Positions 38,901-52,485 of a stretch of DNA of 64,000 nucleotides are shown here, in pieces. Below the pieces are notes generated by a model, which did no database searches, was not told the origin of the DNA, and worked only from the letters and a program-made list of their open reading frames with translations. The position numbers and the translations under genes are program-made. The stretch's first letter is position 1, and each line of letters begins with the position of its first letter. This DNA is from Lingula anatina (taxonomy: Eukaryota; Animalia; Brachiopoda), in the NCBI GenBank assembly GCA_051362555.1, contig CM120640.1, positions 14,818,001 to 14,882,000 on the forward strand, in the 5' to 3' direction.

Positions 38901-41900
38901 CAATGTTTCAAAGTTAATTCTTACTGTAGATGGTGGAAATCCTTCTCTCAACTCAATCTCCTCGTGATTATATGGGGCTTTTCTTCTCTTTGGTTTTGGT
39001 GGTGGTTTCCTTCGTCTGTGCTTTCTGCAACATTAAAGTACACATCACTGAAACAATTATGCTATTAGTTTGAAACAGGTTAACTTTCATACAGGGAACA
39101 TCCTTTAACAGTCAACTTCTTTCATGTTTTGGTTTACCAGTTGCATTGTGCCCATAAATTCAACAACAGTTAACATAAACAATCATTTCTTCTTTAAATG
39201 TGTTTTATTTTCAAAGTTAAAAATCATACATCTTGAGAAATGATGGAAGATCCAAGGAAAAGGGACGTGTGATCCCACTTCCCCAGCTTTGGGGATACAC
39301 CCTTTCCCTTCCCTCCCCTACTCCGCCCCCCCCCCCAAAAAAAAAAAAAAAAAAAAAACAGCATTACAGAAAGTGTCCTCATCGGTCATTTTATATTTTC
39401 TGAGCAAAAAGTAAGGCAAACATTTTCCATCCCCTCCCAGTAGCAAAATCCTGGATTGGCCAGTTAGAAGAACATCACTGACCTGTCTTGGTCAGACTCT
39501 GGAAGAAGCTCTTGCTCTGAACCAGCTAAGACTGCATCTATCTCAGCCTGGGCACGCAAGTATAGGTCTTTTGGGACTGGAAAAATGAAACCAATATTTA
39601 CACATAAAGCATTACATATATAGATCATTGTAAAAACATAATAATTTTCAGTCTTGAACCTTTAAGCTTCAATATTCGAGACGTGCTGGGGCATACATGA
39701 GAGAATTTAGCAATGATCATACACATTTCATTAAAATATACATAATAGTGCAGTTAAGTCTTCTACTTATGGTGAGGCAACCCATATGGATTTATGTATG
39801 CTGGTACTTATTGGTGGTATTAAGATACCATTACCAAGATGATAACGGACTCTTGCTGGTATCTTTAGTATGAATCATAATTTCCCCTTAACTTTTCAAT
39901 GCACCATACCTGAGTGAATACAGGGTGTAAAATACCCTACTTACAGACACAAATAGTCTTCTCAAACGGGTCTGACAACATGTTTTACATGCCAAAATTC
40001 CATTCTGTCTTGGTTGATATGTTAACAATATCACCACTCAAACGCAGACGTGGCTCATATGTGATACTTCAGGCTCACAGACTATTAGGTTTCACCAACA
40101 GAATTTGTTAACAAGTGGGACAAGGTTACAACATCCATTCTTTAACAAACACGTACAGACATGTGAGAAGAAGTATTTGAAGAAAAAGTACATCTAAATA
40201 GAATGAGTCTTTGATTAAGCATCAAACAGCCATAAAACATGGAAGTGTGTTACCTTTTCTTTTTCTTAGCCTCTGCTTATTCCTTTGCTTTTCCATATCT
40301 GTTTTTCTCCTTATAGTATCTTCAACCTTAAATAAACAGCAATAGGAGAAGTAGCCTATAAACATACATATATGCATGCATGCATGTATAGAGGTCAGAT
40401 AGTTATGTGGTACACTGTACTTAACCACTTCCAGACTGTTAAGATAAGGTTTCTATGTCTGAGCATTTGCTTGTTTTTAAAATCTTAACACAAAGAAGCT
40501 CAACTGCACCCTCTGTAAGCAGTGGACCTTCGCACATATATTCATTAAATATAATGATACCCCTGCGTAACTTCACTGTAAATGTAATATCCTGGTCAGC
40601 TTGCCATACTGCATCCAAGTACAGAAATCACATTATTGTGTTTTAATTTCCTGGCTACAATATGGAAGGAATTATCACATCGGTTGTTGAACCTATTGAT
40701 TTACTAGCACAGTAGAAAAGTGGAAAATGGCTGTTCTATAAAGTTTGCTACAGTTCAACAGTGTCTGAACTGCATATCCTTAATACTGTCAGATCCTGTA
40801 TTTTGCAAGGGGAGGGGGGGGGGGAGGGGAAGATCAGATAATAAACTAGAGGATCAGAGAGGCGATACCGCCTCTGGATATTGTACCACCAGCTGGAGTA
40901 AGCGCATTCGTATGGACCCCCCCCCCAAAAAAAAAAAAAAAAATGGACACCACCACCAGTCTTGTGCTTGACAAGCTCTATAAAAAGCAATAAACAAGAG
41001 TTCTCAAAATACGAAAAAAAAAAATAAATAAAAAAAACATAACAGTTAAAATGGTCCAATCAAGGAGATGTCCTAATTAACCTGTATTTTCCTAACACTG
41101 ATCACTCCTGTGATTTTCTAGACAATAGGCCTATTGGTTTTCCTTGAAATGCATTATCAGTTATGCATATACCGGAATGCTGACAAAAGAGAAAACCTAG
41201 GGACAACACTGGGCAGATCTCTGCTAGTTTTGAAGATATGAAGGGCAAGAAAATATGCAGAGTTCAGTTTGAGGTAAAAAAAAGTAGGTCAAAGGTCAAT
41301 TTCAAGGTCACAGTATATGACTTCCTATATAAGTTTAATAGTAGCTATGGGCATTTCTTTGCCAATGTTGGAGATATGAAGGCCAGGAAACATGCAAAGT
41401 GCAGTTCATCATAAATAGTAGGTCAAAGGTCAATTTCAAGGTGACAGTAAGATTGCCAGTATATGACTTCCTATTCAAGTTCAATAATAACTTTGGACCT
41501 ATCTCTGCCAGTTTTCGAGATATAAGGGATAGAAAATTTGCAAAGTTCAGTTCATGTTGAAAAGTAGGTCAAAGGTCAATTTCAAGGTCACAATAAGAAT
41601 GCCAGTATATGACTTCCTATTCAAGTTCAACAGTAACTATGGGTGTATCTCTGCCAGTTTTGGAGATATAAAGGCTGGAAAATTTGCAAAGTTCAGTTCA
41701 TGGTGAAAAGTATGTCAAAGGTCAATTTAAAGGTCACAGTTAGATTACCAGTATATAACTTCCTATTTAAGTTCAGTAGTAACTATGGGTGTATCTCTGC
41801 CAGTTTTGGAGATATAAGGGCTAGAAAATTTGCAAAGTTCAGTTCATGGTGAAAAGTAGGTCAAAGGTCAATTTAAAGGTCACAGTTAGATTACTTGTAT

Positions 41901-42731
41901 ATAACTTCCTATTCAAGTTCAATAGTAACTATGGGCGTATCTCTGCCAGTTTTGGAATATTTAACATTTTCCCCACTGAATATTGCGATGTTGTAATTTT
42001 TGATATAGTGCAATGCCTAAACCATATCGAAAACAAAAAAATGGACACCACCTCCAGTATTGCACTTGACAAGTTCTACAAAGTGCGATGAACAAAAGGT
42101 CTCTGGCATTTACCATTCCAGAATAAAGGCAAGTTTTCAGTTTCGGTATCTAATGGCTGCTTCTCCCGTGGAAATGCACCGATTGACCCAAACTCCCAAA
42201 GATGAAAGGAGTCCCCAATTGTAACCCCTCACTGTAACAGGAGAGCTTAGATCTGTGTAGTTTCCAAAAAATAGCACAAACAAATATTTTTTTGCAGAAA
42301 ATTCCCATTTTTAGAAAATTTTGGCTTGTTTGACCTTGAGAAAAAGGTCAAAAGTCATATCAAAGGGCATATTTGGAATCTCCACATGACTTTCGGTCAG
42401 ACTTCTGTAGTAATTTTTCCCATAATTCCTTTGGTTTGGGAGATATTTAGCCTTGAATTTTCAAAAATTTTGACAAGGGTGCGTTTCAACAAGTGGCACG
42501 CCCAGGCCAATGCACCGACAGAGACAAAAAAACCAGGGTGTTCAAGTTCAGATTATATGTGACCTAAATCCAAGAGATGGGGACACAGGTCCTGGCGATC
42601 TAGGAGGAGAAGCGGTAACGGTGACTTGTTTCCGGCGCCCGACTGCGGAGCCGCAGGAGCCGGCGGAGCTGTACGAGACGGGTCGGGACTAAAACCATGA
42701 GTACCGCCAGCGTATACGCTGGTGGTACTAA

Positions 42732-42770
<39 letters not shown>

Positions 42771-45700
42771 AGCAAGACAAATTAAAACTACAGACAAGTT
42801 TTTTAGCATTAATATGTAGAATAGATGAATACACGGATGCCGTGCCTCCTCCTCCCTGGATCCTACACTGCTTCCCCTTGCAAGATGCACAACCAAATGA
42901 CTGAGGGCTTATGTGCAGGAGAAGGGACACTTAATGATATTCCAATTCAAAGGAATCATCCTTGTTCTAAATAACTTCCAATTGTATATGTTTTAGTCTT
43001 CAAATACCTTTTGTTGTTCCTGCAGTTGATCATAAAGACTCGGCCCCACCAAAGGTTTCTGTGTAAGTGGCGGCAGTTTAAGCTGGTGACTAGAGCGATA
43101 AGTCACAGGAGGTTCTTCAGGAGACGGTTGAGGGAAGGTAGAATCTGTGGGTGCTAGAAAAAAAAAGGAATTAGTTCAAAGGTCAATTAAGGTTTCATAA
43201 TGTCATCATTTAATTATGCACCTAGCACTGTTTTTTTTTCTGCATGGAAGACTTAATCCACACAGCTTTTAAAAGATGAAGTAGATGAGTTGCTGATGGG
43301 GAGTTACCATATCATATAAAGATTTTCATCAAATGCTCAATATTTTTTTTATCTAATGTATGTGTCAACTTTACACTTTCAATCTTTTCAACACATGCTA
43401 TGGAACTTTTTCTTTCTTTACATTTGTTCTAATTATGGTAAGAAAGGCAGATATTCATATTCATTATTTTGTCACTAACTACCTGCTTGGCTTCTTCTTG
43501 AAGGTTTTTTGGGAGGTTTTCTCCTTCTGGGCACTTCTGATTCTTCTGATACATGTGTAAGTGTGTCACTTGCTAATCCATCATCATCATCCCTATAATA
43601 AGGGAACAAAAGAAGTTATCAGTGGGCATAAGTAATCATCCCAATTTTCATAAAAACAGTATCTTCACAATCCAGGTTAACATATAATTGAAGAATAGCA
43701 AAAATTTTAATGTATACATGATTGTTGTGTTATTTGACACCAAATAAGTTTAAAAGAAATATATCACATGGGATAAGTCCAATAAAAATCATACAGCTCT
43801 TAACGTCAAGTTATCCCTCAAGCAAGGGAAATACTTAAAAAGCAATATGACTCTATTCATAAACTTTCTTTCATGTAAAAGCCACAGTGTTATGTACAGC
43901 AGCTATGTCATGTTTCATTCAATATTCACTGAAGTTTTTATATTATTATAAACCATGTCCAAATTGTTGAACATGTACTTATCAGTGTTTGTTAATTAAT
44001 TTATATCTGTGTCATACTGATTTTGTCAGGTCATTATACATAATATGTGGAGTAATTTTTTTTAGAAAACACTGTAGCCTTGCTTGTACATGTAACTGAG
44101 TATGCATTCAGTGACCAATAAACATATCATTTTAATATTATAATTCCTCACTTCTGTGGTGTCCTGTGTTTCTTTGGCACAGGTCTTCTGGGTGGCCTGC
44201 TGACATTAGCATACACAGCCTCTGAGGGACCCTGCTCTATTCCATTGAGATCTAGAGGAGGAATGTCAGGGGGACGGCTTTCTGGTTTCCTTTCGAGATA
44301 ATTTCTTTTTGGGGGTGGTTCCACCATGGGTGGTTCACTTCTCTGTGGGGCAGTTTCTTTGTCAATTTGAGTGAATCCATTGGTTTTGACACTGGTGAGA
44401 TCCTACATGTAAACATTTCTTGTAGAGTCATGGTTCGTCAAAAAAAAATATTTTTCAAGAACATTAAAGCTTACTCAAAGCTTGATAATGATTTGGTTTT
44501 ATAAGGTAAAATAGGGAAAAATGTCACATGTAAGTAATAAGATTTGTAATGGGTTTTAAAGTAAAATCAAATAATCTAGACAAAATAACATAGAAATAGG
44601 ATTAATTTCCACTCCCCCCTCAAAAAAAATTTTTTTTTTAAATCATGACATAATTACACTGATTTTTACATTTCTTTCAGTCAAAATACTTACAGCAGTG
44701 TGAAGCTTCTTCACTCCCATCAGCTCTGGCTCCCCAATGTGGAGCTGTCTGGAGTGCCTCCGCCTGCTGCGTGGAGTTCGTGGTGTTTTTCCTGGATCAG
44801 GAGGCTTGACACACTTGAAGTAGATGAACAGGATGAGCCAGGCGATGAGGACAAAGCCCACAATGCTGCCCACGACTACCCCTATGATCCAGTACTGGGG
44901 AGGGTCTGGTACAATGACTGCAGGAGGATCATACACTGGGAAAATAATGTAATAGTTATATTGTAGTTATGTTTGAACTGAAATTTGTCTGGGGGGAAAA
45001 CATCCCAACATATAACACAAGATTTCGTTTTTTTTTCTTTAATTGATAAATATTATATATACAGGCAAATCAAAATTTAAGTCAGGAACTTTTTCTGTTT
45101 TTATTTTCTGTAGTCAAAGGCAAGTGTTAAGAAGAGTAGACCTGAATATATAAAGTATTTATACTGGAAATAAACGATAACACATTCCAGATCAATACAG
45201 TCTCCATGACTCCCTAGAAAATATTAATGTTTCCTGGTATACATCGTCTTTCCATCTGCATGCATTCGTAACCTATTTCTGTGTGACATTTAAACAGTTT
45301 ACATTGAGACATTACATTGGTGTGTTACCTCACTTAGAACATGTTACAAGCATTGACAACACATGAATTTGTCTCACAATTTAACTTTAATTTGGTGAAA
45401 TGCATCTCTATTGCTGTATTTAATGTAAACTAAATAAATTCCTTTAAAATTCTTGTGTAAGTTAGATGTCACTAGAGATTATTTGCATATCTATATAAAA
45501 ATATATGGCAATAATCACATGTAAAATGCATTAGTGCTGTCAATGAATTATTGTATTGACTACAGAAAATACAAGCTGCAAATGAACAGGTCACATCACT
45601 GTGACAGTCTCAAGTGATCACGCCACCTCATACATATTATTAAAATCAGTCTCCATGAAGGTCTTGGTGATATTTACTTTTTTCATTTTCATACAACAAC

Positions 45701-48700
45701 TTATGGGTACGATGCTTAGAAATACAACCACTGTAATCGATAGCTTACATAAGAGAGATTCATAAATGTTAGGATAACACCTTGCCTATCACTTCAAAGG
45801 TGAACAAAGCAAGGTGATTTCTGATGAAAATTGATCTGTGTAGTAATGTTACTCATAATGATGAAATTTCAACACTGTTCAAAGCAGGACGTTTTTTTCC
45901 CTCTTTGCTGACAACAATAACACATACCTTTTGCCTTGGAGACAACCAAGTAGTTGAAATATTGCAAAGCCAGCTCCTGCTCACTGTAGAGATTCAAAAC
46001 ATTCACAGCTGACTGTGCAGGTACAAGGTATCCATCCTTCTCCATGTAGTAAACAACATCCACATTGCTCGGCTGCTCTGACCCACGGCTGATGTCAATA
46101 ACCTTGGTAAAGAGTCAATGAGAAAATGACCTCAATAAAAAAATAAGTAAACATCTATTGCTCTCCTTAAGGTCAACTCAGTGAAGCTGAACTGTACTAT
46201 GTAAAAAAAATCATCTAATGTCACTTAGAGAACATTTTCTGGGTCACCATTACTGCTCGGCTCTGTGCACACAAACCTAAAAGCTTAGACATATTAGGAT
46301 GCAAGTGGAGGTGAGTTACAATTTCCTTGATATATATTTTTGTTAAGTTCAGCTGCTTGAGTCTTAAAAGTGGGCAGTTATAAAAGGGGGAGCATTTACA
46401 AATAAACTGTACATAGAAATTGAAAGGGGATGAGGAGTGGTGCAAAAATTCCTTTCATCCATTTTTGCCCACCTACGATAATTAAAGTAAAGAGTGCATC
46501 AAAGTGCCTTTCGCCCCTTTTTAGAAACAACAAAGGGGATATAGCACAAAACATTTCAAAAAGATAAATTACATAACCTAGTTATTTATGATAGTGATAA
46601 CTTTTATCCATTTCACACTGTTTAAAAAGTCACATTTTTGCTGGTATTCACACAAAAGACTACAGGTATAATAGAAAGACTATCACTTCACACACAACAA
46701 TTCTACTATCACTAATTTTTTGTTTTGGTAAGTCAAAATAAATAATTTTGTGGCAAATGTAGCAAATGCCAGTATAAGTCCACTCCAATCACTGTTTGAA
46801 CTAAAAGATAATATGGTGAAGCAGGCTTTCATTGTCACATGTCTGTAGAAGAACAAGCTTTGTCTCTTTAGGAAATATTTACTTTTTATGATATTAAATA
46901 ATGAGACAATTATACCTGTACTGTGAGGTTCTGGTTATTTTCCTCGTACATCACAGCTCGCTTTTTCCTAGCCTTTGACACAAATGTGCCATTGTTGATC
47001 TGCTCTTCCCTCTTGAAGGCATCAAAGTACAATCTGGATAGCTTTGTTTCCATGTCATTTATAAACTCATACGTGGACACATTGATATTTTCTGGCACTG
47101 AAAGCACTAAAAGGACCAAAAAGAAAAATTTAACGATATATGTTTATAGTGTGGATAAAAAAAAATTTTTAACACTGTAATTTTGGACTGTGATTTTTAT
47201 AAATTTTAAACACCAAAAAAAAAATAATAATAATAATAATAAATAAATAAAAAAAACTTAAGTTATTAGGTTAAAAACTTTCAGGTGCTTGACAAAGAGT
47301 CAATGTTAAAACATAAAAACTAAGATATTGTGAACAAGTAAGATATCTCAAACTCATAATATGACCAGAATGTGATAAATTATTTAACCAAAAGAAAACC
47401 CAAACTTTTAAATTGAAATGGAAAAACGAGAAAGGCTGCATACTGAAAACTAAACTGACATTGCAATTTCAGACTAGTAACTTACCTGTTTCTACCCAAT
47501 ACTCTTTCAATTCTTCTGTAGTATTCAAAGTCACCTCTTCTATTACTAAAGCAGTGGATAACACCAAACCAGTGGTAGTTGTTGATTTTACAGTTGTTGT
47601 TGACACTGTTGTTGTTGTTAATGCTGTAGTTGTGGTTGCTACAGCTTGTGCAGTAAATTGTGCTGCTGTTGTTTCATTCCTCACAGCTGATGTAGCCTGA
47701 GTTTGTGTAGGTGTTGTCAACATTAACGTTGTATTTTGGATCCTACTTGTTGTTTCTAAAACACCAGTTGTTGCTGCTACAGTGGTATTTTGTGTTACAG
47801 TTGTTGTTTCTAAACCATCAGTTGTTGCTTCTGTTGTTGCTGCTACAGTGGTATTTTGTGTTACAGTTGTTGTTTCTAAACCCTCAGTTGTTGGTGCTAC
47901 AGTAGTATTTTGTGTTACAGTTGTTGTTTTTAAACCATCAGTTGTTGCTTCTGTTGTTGCTGCTACAGTAGTATTTTGTGTCACAGTTGTTGTTTCTAAA
48001 CCATCAGTTGTTGCTTCTGTTGTTGCTGCTACAGTAGTATTTTGTGTCACAGTTGTTGTTTCTAAACCATCTGTTGTTGCTTCTGTTGTTGCTGCTACAG
48101 TAGTATTTTTTGTTACAGTTGTTGTTTCTAAACCATCAGTTGTTGCTTCTGCTGTTGCTGCTACAGTGGTATTTTTTGTTACAGTTGTGGTTTCTAAACC
48201 ATCTGTTGTTGCTTCTGTTGTTGCTGCTACAGTGGTATTTTGTGTCATAGTTGTTATTTTTAAACCCTCAGTTGTTGCTGCTACAGTAGTATTTTTTGTT
48301 AAAGTTGTTGTTTTTAAACCATCAGTTGTTGCTGCTACAGTAGTATTTTTTGTTACAGTTGTTGTTTCTAAACCATCAGTTGTTGCTTCTGTTGTTGTTG
48401 CTACAGTGGTATTTTGTGTCACAGTTGTTGTTTTTAAACCACCTGTTGTTGCTTCTGTTGTTGCTGCTACAGTGGTATTTTGAGTCACAGTTGTTGTTTC
48501 TAAACCAACAGTTGTTGCTTCTGTTGTTGCTGCTACAGTGGTATTTTGTGTCACAGTTGTTGTTTTTAAACCCTCAGTTGTTGCTGCTACAGTAGTATTT
48601 TGTGTTAAAGTTGTTGTTTTTAAACCATCTGTTGTTGCTGCTACAGTGGTATTTTGTGTCACAGTTGTTTTTAAACCCTCAGTTGTTGCTGCTACAGTGG

Positions 48701-51700
48701 TATTTTTTGTTACAGTTGTTGTTTCTAAACCATCAGTTGTTGCTTCTGTTGTTGCTGCTACAGTGGTATTTTGTGTCAGAGTTGTTGTTTTTAAACCACC
48801 TGTTGTTGCTTCTGTTGTTGCTGCTACAGTGGTATTTTGTGTCACAGTTGTTGTTTCTAAACCAACAGTTGTTGCTTCTGTTGTTGCTGCTACAGTGGTA
48901 TTTTGTGTCACAGTTGTTGTTTTTAAATCCTCAGTTGTTGCTGCTACAGTAGTATTTTGTTTTAAAGTTGTTGTTTTTAAACCATCTGTTGTTGCTGCTA
49001 CAGTGGTATTTTGTGTCACAGTTGTTTTTAAACCCTCAGTTGTTGCTGCTACAGTAGTATTTTGTGTTACAGTTGTTGTTTTTAAACCATCAGTTGTTGC
49101 TTCTGTGACTGCTGCTCCAGAAGTATTTTGTGTTACAGTTGATTCTGCTGTTGTAGATGTAAGAGTAATATTTTGAATTCCATTTGTTGTTCCTATACTA
49201 AAAGTTGCTGTTTCTGTTATTGTTTTAACAGTAGTATTTAGCATTCTATTTGTTGTCTCTAAGCCAACAGTTGTTGTTTCCGTAGTTGCAGCTGCAGTAG
49301 AATTTTGTGTTAAATTTCTAATTTCTAAACTACCAGTTGTTGCTGCTACAGTAGTATTTTGTGTTCCATCCGTTCGTAAACCAACACTTGTTGCTTCGGT
49401 TGTTGCTGCAATAGTAGCATTTTGTGTGCCATTTGTTATTTCTAAACCATCAGTTGCTGCTACAGTAGAATTTTGCATTCTATTAGTTGTTTCTATGCCA
49501 ATTGTTGTTGCTTCAGTTGTTGCTGCTACAGTAATATTTTGTGTTCCATTTGTTATTTCTGAAACATCAGTTGTTGCTTCTGAAGTTGCTGCTTTAGTAG
49601 AATTTTGCATTCTATTAGTTGTTTCTGTGCCAAAAGTTGTTACTTCAGTAGTTGCTGCTACAGTAGTATTCTGCATTCTCTCTGTTGTTTCTAAAACAAT
49701 AGTTGTTGCTTTGGGTGTTTCTGCCACTGCTGTATTTTGTGTTACAGTTGTTGTTTCTGTGCCAACAGTTGTTGCTTCTTTTGTTGCTGCTATAGTAATA
49801 TTTTGCATTCTACTTGTTGTTTCTAAGCTAGCTGTTGTTGTTTCTGTTCTTGCAGCTACAGAAGTATATTGCATTCCATTTGTTGTTGCTAAACCAAAAG
49901 TTGTTGCTACAGTGGTGTTTTGCATTCCATTTGTTGTTTGCAAACCAATAGTTGTTGCTGCAGTTGATGCAACAGTCGTGTTTTGTATTTTATTTGGTGT
50001 TTCTGTTAATAATGAAGATGCATTTTGGATCTCCTTTGTAGTTTCATGGTTAAAGCCAGTTGTCGTTTCAAGGCCAGATGTTTCATTGCTTACTACTGTA
50101 ACATTGTCTGCATTTGCCGTCCCTGGTGTTGTTAACATCATGGCTGTACTGCGAGTTCCTTCTGTTGTTTCCAGTATCAAGCCAGCTGTTGGTGTTACAT
50201 TACCAACAGTTGTATTTGAGGGCAAAGTTGTTGGTGTAAAGGGTGTAATGCTATTAACAGTGATATTCAATGACTGAGTTGATGTTGCGACAACTGAATT
50301 TCCTTCTGTGGTTGTTTGCATGTCATTTGTTCCTGTATCACTACTGCCATTGGAAGATTGTGTGGTCACTGGCAAAACTGTTGTTGTTGACCCATCACTA
50401 CCTACAGTCATGTTCCTTGATTCTGTTGTTAATGGTGCAGTTGTATTTTGTAGTGAAATCTCTGTTGTTGTACTGCTCCCAGTTGTCAGATTCTGTAATT
50501 GTGCTGTTGCTGCTGTTGACAATATAGACACCATAGTAGTTGATTCATTGCTTCCAAGAGTCACATTTTTTGGTTCAGATGTTAATGATGCAGTTCTATT
50601 TGTAAAAAGTTCTGTAGTTATTTTTATTGTGAACCCTGTTGTTGTTTCAAGGCTTGAATTAGTCTGATTCTGTGGCTGTGTTGTTGTCGATGTTGACAAT
50701 ACAGCTGCAGTTGTTGTTGTTGTTATATTGCTTCCACCTCCAACACTGTTTGACTGGGTTGTTAATGATGTGGATGTTGGCATTACGGTTACTACGGTAG
50801 CTGTCACATTGTCTGTGACACTATTAATTGGTCCTGTATCAATTGTCCTACTAAAATCTTTGCTGGTCTTTGTAGAAACATCCACTACACCTGATGTTGA
50901 TATTACTGCATTGGCACTTTCGACTGACATGGCAAAATATGTCATTGTTTGAGCAATTTGTGATGTCTCCACCCCATCCGTTGTAGCAACTGTTACTTCC
51001 TGTGATAGCATTTCTGTCATGCTTGAAGCAAAATGTGAAAAATATGATGTTTCGATACTTGAAGAAGTCAGTGCTTGATTCAAGTCTGTAAAGGTCTTCA
51101 CAGATGCAGCCCTTTGATGTAAAAGAGTTGAATCTTCAACACTTATAAACCCACTTGTAGCAGATTGAAAGTTTGCAAGTGACTCTCCATTTTGCGAAAA
51201 GCTTGATGGCATGACATCTGATTGGAATAAGTAAGTAGCAGTCTTTTCTGCGGAAGGAGTTACAAAAGCTGAGTCTGCGTAAGTTTGCATAGATTCTGAA
51301 AATGACTTAGTTTGCTGAGCACCAATGGTTGTATCACTTGCACTGGGGTACACATCTGTGCTTTGCGACGCAGATGCTATTTGGTGTGACAATAACAATG
51401 AAGATAGCAATGATGAAGATGATGATGATGATGACACTGAATATAAAACTGCTGCTGATGCAACTGATATAGAATCTTCATAATATGATGCAGAATGTGG
51501 CACATATTGAACTGTGGTTGTTTCTGTCTGTGACACACTGTTCTCGTTAGTTGTTATGGATACTGGTTCACTAGTGGCGTAAATGCTGTTGCTATGTACT
51601 ACTTGTGCAGTCACACCTAGAGTACCTGTAAAGCAGAAACATGTAGAGTTGTTTTAGATATTAATTTTAAAATGGCACATGAATTAGCTATGTAAAGCAG

Positions 51701-52427
51701 AAGCAGTAGAGTCATTATGGATATTAATTTAAAATGGCAGGTGAAATATTATAGCTATTTATTTTCAAGATCTATACTAACTTCCAATTATAATATTTAA
51801 CTGGGAGATTATACAATACTAGTAGTACATGATCAAAAATAATTGAAATGAATAACAAGATTCCTTGTTTTTTAATACTTTATGCTAAAATAATAAGGCA
51901 ACATAGCCATTCTACACCCAGTTAATGTAACTGTGAGAAAAATTTTAATTTTATCCTTAAAAGCAGTGATCATCTCAAACTTTTTATCATTTTTGTTCAT
52001 GTCTCATCTCTCACTCACTCAGGACATATGGGAAGGAAAATGAAAATTTCTCTTTTCACTTGGAAATACCAACACACACAGGCTTACACACAACAATAAT
52101 TACAATAGCTCCCAGTAGAATATCAATAACCTCCTTAATCACCTCTTTAGTGTGTCTCAGGAGAATACAGAGGTACCTGGTGACAGGTGTTCTAAATCAA
52201 TAATTGGATATTAAGTGAATGGCAACTGCACAGAACAATGGAGGTTGTGAATTATTATTACTAGAAGGAATATTTGCATTCTGATCTTTATTGTCATTAC
52301 CATCATACTTCCTGGAAAAATATGACCCTTTTGGTGATATATTGCTTTGGGTACTACTGCCTGCAGATGTTGCTTCTTAATTAGCCTTTATTGCATGATA
52401 TTGGTACTGTGCATTGATGGCAGTGAA

Positions 52428-52485
<58 letters not shown>

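Noticed and set aside
12721-42734. Two inverted HINE copies as ends of one composite element or inversion
   Set aside because: The copies are diverged and sit in introns of two intact genes with colinear exons; independent insertions.
47782-50952. Long plus-strand Val/Leu-rich ORFs
   Set aside because: Antisense shadows of the Thr-rich mucin repeat exon.
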